Below are positions 28,747-35,866 of a DNA stretch of 35,866 nucleotides, in pieces. The position numbers and the translations under genes were made by a program. Numbering within the stretch: position 1 is the stretch's first letter; every line of letters begins with the position of its first letter. The notes beneath the pieces were generated by a model. The model saw only the letters and a list, made by a program, of their open reading frames with translations. It searched no databases and was not told where the DNA came from. This stretch comes from Betaproteobacteria bacterium RIFCSPLOWO2_12_FULL_62_13 (lineage in GTDB: Bacteria > Pseudomonadota > Gammaproteobacteria > Burkholderiales > SG8-41), in contig MERG01000052.1 of assembly GCA_001771985.1 (NCBI GenBank), positions 11,613 through 47,478 of the forward strand, written 5' to 3'.

Positions 28747-28881
28747 GCAGGCGTTATCGGATGTCGGCATCGTCCGCGTTCCGCGGTCGCATCCCCAGAG
28801 GGGCCCCTGCTCCACGCTCCACGCGGATACGCCTCTGAATGGGCAAAAGTGAAAGAGAAGGAACACCTTCTGGAGAAGTGA
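28702..28881 (+). repeat. Direct duplication of the fdxA 3' end (45 bp x2) separated by a 90-bp hairpin element
   Basis: 28702-28746 and 28837-28881 both translate as [14 protein letters not shown]-stop. Confidence 0.93.
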
Positions 28882-28906
28882 TTTCACTGCAAGCGGCGGT
28901 TAAGGG

Positions 28907-31603
28907 ATGAAGGCGGACCTGGCGCAGCGCATCGGAGCCGGGTCCGCGGTCATCACGCCCAACCGCCGCCTCGCCGCCCATGTCAAGCGCGACTTCGACT
29001 TCGCGCAACTCGCTTCCGGCAAGGCGGCCTGGCCGTCGGCCGATTGCCTGCCGCTCGCCGCATTTTTCGAACGAACCTACGCCGAGCTAACGCGCCTGTC
29101 TCCGGGCACAACGCAGCTTAATCCACAGCAGGAGGCCGCGCTGTGGGAGCAGGTGCTGCAGGATTCGCCTTATGGATCGACGCTGCTCAATCCGACCGCC
29201 GCCGCGCGCGCCGCGCGTGAAGCGTGGGAGATCGAACACGCCTATCGCATCGAGCTTGCGAAGTACCGCTCAGTGCTTGATGAGGATGGCCAGGCTTACC
29301 TTGCCTGGGCGGCGCGCCTTCGCGATCTCATGCGTGCCAATCGCTGGCTCGATGCCGCGCGGCTTCCCGATGCCCTGGTCGAGGTGATGGAGAAGGGGGC
29401 CGGGCTTGAGCCACGCGCGTTGGTTCTGTACGGCTTTGATCAGCTCACGCCGCAGAGTCGAACGGTTCTTGACGCGCTTGCCGCGCGCGGCTGGGAGGCG
29501 GCCGAGATCGTTCCGCCATCACGCGCAGGCAACGCGGAACGTACGGCGTACGACGATCGCGAAGTGGAACTCGTCGCGGTGGCGGAGGAGGTGCGGGCGG
29601 CGCTTTCGGTCAACCCCGCACAGCGCATCGGCGTCATCGTGCCCGATTTCGCGGCGGCGCGCGGCGACATCATCCGTATTTTCGACGACGTGCTCGATCC
29701 GCCGCGTATCCTCGCCGGAACCCGCGAGCGCGCGCGTCCCTATAACGTCTCGCTCGGCCCGCTCCTCGCCGATTACCCGCTCGTCCATACCGCTTTCCTG
29801 ATTCTCAAGTTGGCGCATGGTGAGCTTGCGCTTGAGGATGCGGGTTCGCTGCTGCGCAGCCCCTTTATCGCCGGCGCCGAGCAGGAACTCGCCGCGCGCG
29901 CGCTTCTCGACGCGAAGCTGCGTCGTGACGGCCGTCCGCTGGTGGAGTTGCGCGCACTGGCGCGCCGCTCGCGCGGTGAGAACGCGCGCGACCCGGCCGG
30001 CTCACCGCAACTCGCCGCGCGACTCGCTTCGTGGACGAAGCTTGCCGGAGATGCCAGGCGGGCAAGACAATCCCCCTCGCAGTGGAGCCTTACCTTTCAG
30101 GGGCTTCTGGCCGGATTCGGCTGGCCCGGCGAGCGCGCCCTCGATTCGGAGGACTATCAGACTTTCCGGAAATGGCGCGAGATCGTTTCCTCGCTTTCCG
30201 CACTCGATATCGTGACGCCGCGGCTCGGCTACGACGAAGCGCTTGCGCGCTTGAGGCGCTTCGTCGCCGACGCGACGTTTCAGCCGGAATCGCCGGAAGT
30301 ACCGGTGCAGGTGCTGGGCGTGCTCGAGGCGAACGGGATCGAATTCGACCGGCTTTTTGTCACCGGCTTGACCGACGAGACGTGGCCGCCGCCGCCGCGC
30401 CCCAATCCGTTCTTGCCGCTCGCGCTTCAGCGCGCGCGCGAGGTGCCGCGTGCCTGCGCCGAGTGGCAGCTCGAATACGCGCGCCGCACCATGAAGCTCT
30501 GGCTCGGCGCGGCGCCGGAGGTGCGGCTGTCGTGGCCGCGGCGCGAAGGCGACCGTGAACTCAGCGCGAGCTTTCTGCTGCGCGACATCCGGCAAGCGCC
30601 GCGCGCGGCGCGCACGGTTTCGCTTCTGCGCGAGGTGATCCACGCCGCGCGCGTGAGCGAAGAGCTTGCCGATTTCAGCGCGCCGGCGCTGCCCGCCGGA
30701 ATCGGGGTTACCGGCGGCGCAACGTTCTTCCAGAATCAGGCCGCATGCCCGTTCAGGGCATTCGCCGTGCACCGGCTGGGCGCAAGAGCGCTCGAGGCGG
30801 CGAGCGTCGGGCTGGACGCGCGTGATCGCGGCGGATTGATTCATCTGGCGGCTTTCAACCTGTGGCGTGAACTGAAAACGCACGAAGCGCTCTGCAAGGC
30901 GAGCGGCGAGCGGTTGCAATCGGCGATCAAGCTCGCTGTGGCCTCGGCGGTGGAGAGCACACGCAGGAAGCGTCCCGATGTCATGACCGAAGCATTCGCA
31001 GCGCTCGAACGCGAAAGGGTGGCGGACCTGCTCGGGCGCCTGCTCGAACTCGAAAAGCAGCGCGCGCCATTCATGGTGCTCGTGCAGGAGGATCCGCGTG
31101 CAGTGAGTGTCGCGGGCGTTCAGGTATCGACCCGTCTCGACCGCTTGGACCGCCTCGCTGACGGCAGCGAGGTCATCCTCGACTACAAGACCAGCCGCGA
31201 AGTGGACGCGGCGGACTGGCTGGGCGAGCGTCCCGACGAGCCGCAGCTTCCGCTTTATGCCGCGGGCGGTGGGGAGGAGCTTGCGGCGGTCGCTTTCGCG
31301 CAATTGCACGCGCGGCAGGTGCGCTTCGAGGGGCTCTCGCGAAGGGCTGCGGTGCTGCCTGGGGTGCCTGCGCTCGCCGACTCCAAAAAGGCTTCATCGT
31401 ACTACGGTAGCTGGGGCGAACTGCTCGAAGGTTGGCGCGCGGTGCTGGAAAACCTCGCGCGCGAGTACCTTGCCGGCAGGGCGGAGGTTGCGCCCAAGGA
31501 TTACCCGCGTACGTGCGAGTACTGCGAGCTTGGTGCCTTATGTCGTGTGAAGGAGCTGAAGGACCGGGGTCCGGTTGCGGCAGGGGGGAACAGCGATGAC
31601 TGA
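28907..31603 (+). CDS. AddB/RexB-like PD-(D/E)XK nuclease subunit with Fe-S cysteines
   Basis: VITPNRRLA inactive helicase N-terminus, QAACPFRAF plus CEYC...LC (four Cys), RLDRLD.....VILDYKT, EPQLPLYA. Confidence 0.88.
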   Translation: MKADLAQRIGAGSAVITPNRRLAAHVKRDFDFAQLASGKAAWPSADCLPLAAFFERTYAELTRLSPGTTQLNPQQEAALWEQVLQDSPYGSTLLNPTAAARAAREAWEIEHAYRIELAKYRSVLDEDGQAYLAWAARLRDLMRANRWLDAARLPDALVEVMEKGAGLEPRALVLYGFDQLTPQSRTVLDALAARGWEAAEIVPPSRAGNAERTAYDDREVELVAVAEEVRAALSVNPAQRIGVIVPDFAAARGDIIRIFDDVLDPPRILAGTRERARPYNVSLGPLLADYPLVHTAFLILKLAHGELALEDAGSLLRSPFIAGAEQELAARALLDAKLRRDGRPLVELRALARRSRGENARDPAGSPQLAARLASWTKLAGDARRARQSPSQWSLTFQGLLAGFGWPGERALDSEDYQTFRKWREIVSSLSALDIVTPRLGYDEALARLRRFVADATFQPESPEVPVQVLGVLEANGIEFDRLFVTGLTDETWPPPPRPNPFLPLALQRAREVPRACAEWQLEYARRTMKLWLGAAPEVRLSWPRREGDRELSASFLLRDIRQAPRAARTVSLLREVIHAARVSEELADFSAPALPAGIGVTGGATFFQNQAACPFRAFAVHRLGARALEAASVGLDARDRGGLIHLAAFNLWRELKTHEALCKASGERLQSAIKLAVASAVESTRRKRPDVMTEAFAALERERVADLLGRLLELEKQRAPFMVLVQEDPRAVSVAGVQVSTRLDRLDRLADGSEVILDYKTSREVDAADWLGERPDEPQLPLYAAGGGEELAAVAFAQLHARQVRFEGLSRRAAVLPGVPALADSKKASSYYGSWGELLEGWRAVLENLAREYLAGRAEVAPKDYPRTCEYCELGALCRVKELKDRGPVAAGGNSDD

Positions 31604-34600
31604 AGGGGAGTTCGCTGCCGATCTCGAAAACTTGCGCGGGCAGGACGCCGCGGCGCGGCGCGCGGCACTCGATCCGGCGCGGTCTGTCATCGTGCAGGCG
31701 CCTGCGGGGTCGGGCAAGACCGAGCTCCTGATCCAGCGCTATCTGGCGTTGCTCGCGCGCGTAGACTCGCCGGAGGAGATCATCGCCATCACTTTTACCA
31801 GGAAGGCTACCGCGGAGATGCGCGCCCGCGTGCTCGACGCGTTGCTTCGGGCGGAAAATGACACGCCGCCGGCCAAGCCGCACGAGTTCCTCACTTGGCG
31901 GCTCGCGCGCGGCGCGCGCAGCCGCGACAGCCAAGCGCGGTGGAACATCGCGGAGAACCCCAATCGCCTGCGCATACAGACCATCGACTCGCTATGCCAC
32001 TGGCTCACGCTCCAGTTGCCCATGCTCTCGGGCTTCGGCGCACAGCCCGAGACGCTCGAAGAGGCAGATGAGCTCTACCTGGAAGCCGCGCGACGCACGC
32101 TGGCGGGACTCGGGTCGGACAGCGGATGGTCCAGCCACGTCGCGACCCTGTTGAGGCACCTCGACAACCATGCGGAGCGGGCGCAGCAACTGCTTGCAGA
32201 CATGCTCGGGGTGCGTGACCAGTGGATCCGGTCGGTTACCCAGGCGCAGGGCAAGGAACGGGAAGTGCTGGAGGCAGCGCTCGCCAATGCAACGCGCGAC
32301 GCGCTGGCGAGCCTCGCTGCGCGGATTCCCGAGGAGGCGCGCGCGGAGCTTGTCGCGCTCGCGGCGCATGCCGCGGAGAACCTTGAAGCGACAGGCAAAG
32401 CGTCGCCGATCCGCCGCTGCCTCGGCGTGACGGCGATTCCAGGATCCGCGCCGGAAGACCTCGATGCGTGGCGCGCGATCGCCGAGCTGCTTCTCAACCA
32501 GAGCGGCTGCGTGCGCCGCACGGCCGATGCCCGCGTCGGCTTCCCGGCGCCGAGCGACGCGAAAGGGGCGGAGCGCCGGCAGCGCAAGGACATGAAGACG
32601 CGTTTTGAAGCATTGTTGGCGGCGACAGAACCCCATCGCACCTTCGTCGAGCAACTGCGGTTCACGCGGATGCTTCCGCCTTCGATGTATAGTGAAGCGC
32701 AGTGGCGCATCGTGGCGGGGCTGGTGAGGCTCCTGCCGGTTGCGGTTGCGCAACTCGAAGTGCTGTTCCGCGAGCGGGGCGAGGTGGATTTCACCGCGGT
32801 GGCGCAGGCCGCGGTGCGCGCGTTAGGCGCGCCCGAGGCGCCCACGGACCTTGCGTTGGCGCTTGATTGCCGCGTCCGCCACCTCCTGATCGACGAGTTT
32901 CAGGACACCTCCTGGAGCCAGTATGACCTGCTGCAGGGACTCACCGCCGGCTGGCAGCGAGACGACGGCAGGACGCTGTTCGTGGTGGGCGACCCGATGC
33001 AGTCGATCTACCGCTTTCGCAAGGCGGAGGTCGGGCTTTATGTGCGCGCGTGGCACGAAGGTATCGGCGGCGTCGCACTCGACGCGCTGCGGCTCGCCGT
33101 CAACTTCCGCTCCACCCGCGCGATCGTCGATTGGTTCAATCGCACGTTCCATCAGGTGCTGCCCGACGCGGAGGATCTTGCGAGCGGCGCAGTGCCGTTC
33201 GCACCCTCGGTTGCCGATGATGGCGCGACAGAAGGCGTGACACCGGAGCTTTATCCGCTGCTCGCAATGGAGCGCGAGGCGGAAGCGCGCCTGGTGACCG
33301 AGCTGGTGGAGCGCACACGCGCCGAAGATCCGGGGCAGAGCATCGCCATCCTCGTGCGCAGCCGCAGCCATCTCGTCGAAATCGCGCCCGCGCTGAAGGC
33401 GGCGGGGCTCGGATTCCAGGCGATCGAAATCGAGCAGCTCGGCCACCGTCCGGTAGTGCAGGATCTGGCTGCGCTCACGCGCGCGCTCGTCCATCCCGCT
33501 GACCGGGTCGCGTGGCTCGCCATGCTGCGCGCGCCGTGGTGCGGACTCACGCTGGCCGATCTCGAAGCGTTGGCGGGATCTGACCACGACGCGGCGTTAT
33601 GGACCCTCATTAACGATAGCGCAAGCCTCGCGCGCATCTCGGAAGATGGAACGCGCCGCCTCAACCGCGTGCGCGAAGCGCTGGGACAGGCCTTGGCCCG
33701 GAGGCGGCGCGAACCGCTCCGGCGCTGGGTGGAAGCCGCTTGGCTCACGCTGGGCGGCCCCGCCTGCACGGATGACGCGGGCGACCTCGAGGATGCGCAG
33801 GTGTTCCTCAGGCTTCTTGAGGAACTCGAGGAAGGTGGCGATCTCCCGCGCGTGGATACGCTGGAAGAGCGAGTCGCCGCACTTTACGCACTGCCGGATT
33901 CCGGCGCCGACGCGGCGCGCCTGCAGCTCATGACCATCCACAAGGCGAAGGGGCTGCAGTTTGACACCGTGATTCTGCCGGGATTGGGTTATTCCCCGCG
34001 GCGCGCCGACCCCAGGCTGCTGCTCTGGCTTGAGCGCCCAAGAATCAGGCACCCTCTTCCCTCAGGGGAGAAGGTGGGGGTGAGGGATGGTTCCGATCTG
34101 CTGCTTGCGCCGATCCGTGAGGCGAGCGCGGAGAAAGACGCGATTTACGAGTACCTCAGGGAACTCGATCGGGCGAAGGAGGACCATGAGGCGGCACGGC
34201 TGCTTTATGTCGCCGCGACGCGCGCCAAATCCCGCCTCCATCTCATCGGGCAGGTGCAATGGAAAGAGGGTAGCGCTGCGAAGCCAAAGGCGCGCTCCCT
34301 GCTTGAGCACCTGTGGCCGGTGGTTGCGCCCGCGTTCGAGCAGGCAATCGCCCAGGTCGAAACGTCGCTGCAGCCGCGGGCTGTGATAAGTGCGGCCGCG
34401 CCGCACGCGATTCGCCGGCTCGTTTCCGGCTGGCGGCTGCCCAAGCCGCCTGCGGGAATCGCGTGGCGGCCACGCGCCGAGATCGTCTATGAAGCGCGGA
34501 GTCCGCTCGACGAAGTGGAATTCTCCTGGGCTTCCGAAACCGCAAAGCACGTCGGCACGGTGGTGCACGGCTTCCTGCAGTGGATCGCCAAGGACGGGTT

Positions 34601-35057
34601 GGAACGCTGGAACGCGCAGCGCATCGGCGGCATGCATGACGCGTTCGCATGCGGACTGGCGCCGCTCGGCGTGCCGCAATCGGAAATGCAAAGCGCCGTC
34701 GCGCGTGTTGCGGAAGCGCTCACCGCGAACATCACCGATGAGCGCGGCCGTTGGGTGCTGGGTGCGCAAGCGGAAGCCCGTTCGGAGCTGCGGCTCACCG
34801 GCGCGCTGGCCGGCGAGATCGTGAGCGTGGCGATCGACCGCACTTTCGTCGACGAGCACGGCACGCGCTGGATCGTGGATTACAAGACCGGCATACACGC
34901 GGGCGGCGACCCCGAAGGCTTCCTTGACCGCGAGCAGGAGCGCTACCGAGCCCAGCTCGAGCGTTATGCCGCGCTCGTGCGCGAACTGGACCGCCGCCCG
35001 ATCCGGCTCGGGCTTTATTTCCCGCTGCTCAGGGGCTGGCGCGAATGGGCCTTTTGA
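31596..35057 (+). CDS. AddA/RexA-like UvrD-family helicase-nuclease
   Basis: QAPAGSGKT, AITFTRKA, IDEFQDTS, VGDPMQSIYRFR, MTIHKAKGL.FD, LYVAATRA, C-terminal IDR....WIVDYKT. Overlaps the addB-like stop. Confidence 0.92.
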   Translation: MTEGEFAADLENLRGQDAAARRAALDPARSVIVQAPAGSGKTELLIQRYLALLARVDSPEEIIAITFTRKATAEMRARVLDALLRAENDTPPAKPHEFLTWRLARGARSRDSQARWNIAENPNRLRIQTIDSLCHWLTLQLPMLSGFGAQPETLEEADELYLEAARRTLAGLGSDSGWSSHVATLLRHLDNHAERAQQLLADMLGVRDQWIRSVTQAQGKEREVLEAALANATRDALASLAARIPEEARAELVALAAHAAENLEATGKASPIRRCLGVTAIPGSAPEDLDAWRAIAELLLNQSGCVRRTADARVGFPAPSDAKGAERRQRKDMKTRFEALLAATEPHRTFVEQLRFTRMLPPSMYSEAQWRIVAGLVRLLPVAVAQLEVLFRERGEVDFTAVAQAAVRALGAPEAPTDLALALDCRVRHLLIDEFQDTSWSQYDLLQGLTAGWQRDDGRTLFVVGDPMQSIYRFRKAEVGLYVRAWHEGIGGVALDALRLAVNFRSTRAIVDWFNRTFHQVLPDAEDLASGAVPFAPSVADDGATEGVTPELYPLLAMEREAEARLVTELVERTRAEDPGQSIAILVRSRSHLVEIAPALKAAGLGFQAIEIEQLGHRPVVQDLAALTRALVHPADRVAWLAMLRAPWCGLTLADLEALAGSDHDAALWTLINDSASLARISEDGTRRLNRVREALGQALARRRREPLRRWVEAAWLTLGGPACTDDAGDLEDAQVFLRLLEELEEGGDLPRVDTLEERVAALYALPDSGADAARLQLMTIHKAKGLQFDTVILPGLGYSPRRADPRLLLWLERPRIRHPLPSGEKVGVRDGSDLLLAPIREASAEKDAIYEYLRELDRAKEDHEAARLLYVAATRAKSRLHLIGQVQWKEGSAAKPKARSLLEHLWPVVAPAFEQAIAQVETSLQPRAVISAAAPHAIRRLVSGWRLPKPPAGIAWRPRAEIVYEARSPLDEVEFSWASETAKHVGTVVHGFLQWIAKDGLERWNAQRIGGMHDAFACGLAPLGVPQSEMQSAVARVAEALTANITDERGRWVLGAQAEARSELRLTGALAGEIVSVAIDRTFVDEHGTRWIVDYKTGIHAGGDPEGFLDREQERYRAQLERYAALVRELDRRPIRLGLYFPLLRGWREWAF
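34050..34087. repeat. Palindromic repeat within the addA-like coding frame
   Basis: caccctcttccctcaggggagaaggtgggggtgaggga is read as HPLPSGEKVGVRD. Confidence 0.6.
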
Positions 35058-35104
35058 AGGCGCGATGAAGCGGCCGTTGCCGGCTCTGTCTTGAGCTGAG
35101 AACG

Positions 35105-35866
35105 TCAGGCCGAGCCTGAGAGAGCGGCGAGGATCGCCGGGTTTTTCTTTCTCTCGGCGATGACGGCTGGCGTGAGCCCCTTGGCGGATTTTGCGTTCGC
35201 GTCTGCGCCCGCCGCCATGAGCACCTTCACCACTGCCAGATGGCCATCGGAGACAGCCGTGTGCAGCGCAGTCAAGCCTTCGTTGTCGGTTTCGTTGACG
35301 TGCGCGCCTTTCGACAGCAGGAAACCGACGATCCGGTCATGGCCCCACATCGTGGCCTGCATGATTGGCGTCAATCCCATGGTGCTCTTCGCGTTCACAT
35401 CCGCACCCTTTTCCACGAGGAGCTTGGTCATTTCGGGGAATCCCTTGAAAGCGGCCCAGTGCAGCGGGGTGAAGCCCTGGGCGTCACGCACGTTGATGTC
35501 CGCTTTCGCTTCGATCAGGACTGCCGCTACCGATGTCCTGTTGAGGCTCGCGGCTCTCAGAAGGGGCGTCCATCCCGAGGCGTCCTTGTCGTTGGGCCTG
35601 ACACCGGCCTTCAGGAAAATCTTGACCGCGCGCTCATTACCCAGTTGGATTGCGCGGTCGAATCCCTTCACGTTGAACTCGATCTGCTCGGCGGCCAAGG
35701 TACGCCTTGCGAGGTCGCTCGCCCACGGGTCGTCATTCTCGTCACGCTTCATGTTCCGCAGTTCCAGCACCCTGCCGTGAATCCTTGCCAGCGTGAGAAT
35801 GTCGTTCAAGACGTCCGGGGGAAAACCCTGGCGCCCGCCGCGCTTGTCAACCATCAGTTCCCCGAA
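35105..35866 (-). CDS. Ankyrin-repeat protein, 5' end probably beyond the window
   Basis: About five ankyrin repeats (GWTPLLRAA, GFTPLHWAA, GLTPIMQA, GLTALHTA, GLTP). The frame stays open to the window edge (FGELMVDKRGGRQGFP). Confidence 0.88.
   Translation of the reverse strand, partial: FGELMVDKRGGRQGFPPDVLNDILTLARIHGRVLELRNMKRDENDDPWASDLARRTLAAEQIEFNVKGFDRAIQLGNERAVKIFLKAGVRPNDKDASGWTPLLRAASLNRTSVAAVLIEAKADINVRDAQGFTPLHWAAFKGFPEMTKLLVEKGADVNAKSTMGLTPIMQATMWGHDRIVGFLLSKGAHVNETDNEGLTALHTAVSDGHLAVVKVLMAAGADANAKSAKGLTPAVIAERKKNPAILAALSGSA

Noticed and set aside
28744-28881. Pyrrolysine or selenocysteine readthrough of the fdxA TAG into the in-frame duplicate
   Set aside because: The frame is open and a hairpin follows, but the stop is at the normal FdxA end, it is UAG rather than UGA, no pyl genes are visible, and an in-frame offset has a 1-in-3 chance.
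28907-35057. Novel anti-phage helicase-nuclease or Cas4-like system
   Set aside because: Architecture and position next to trxA-rho match housekeeping AddAB-type repair.

Overview
A high-GC, gene-dense chromosomal segment, probably betaproteobacterial (inferred from gene set and order, e.g. addAB-fdxA-trxA-rho-rpmE and orn-M48-phhB-rsgA-cobD-like). Most genes are housekeeping or metabolic: maeB, fumC, an SDR, a CoA Nudix hydrolase, DUF3301 plus patatin, a GreA/B-like factor, a CobD/AmpE-like protein, rsgA, phhB, an M48 peptidase, orn, pgi, an EI24-like protein, a bktB-like thiolase, an ArnT-like glycosyltransferase, rpmE, two DUF2846-like lipoproteins, rho, trxA, fdxA, addB/addA-like genes and a partial ankyrin protein. 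One accessory block has a sigma54/NtrC-type promoter, a cyanate-type ABC transporter, cyanase and an HpxW-like Ntn hydrolase. I saw no tRNA, rRNA, CRISPR array, integrase or transposase. The unusual signals are intergenic. (1) The last 15 codons of fdxA are duplicated in frame with only synonymous changes, separated by a 90-bp hairpin element. (2) The same hairpin core lies in a 108-bp tandem repeat upstream of pgi. (3) MITE-like inverted repeats are bounded by CTAG sites that contain gene stop codons. (4) Many 7-bp tandem arrays start at stop codons, often with an inverted partner array. (5) A palindromic repeat sits in frame inside addA. All family names come from recognising motifs, not from database searches.
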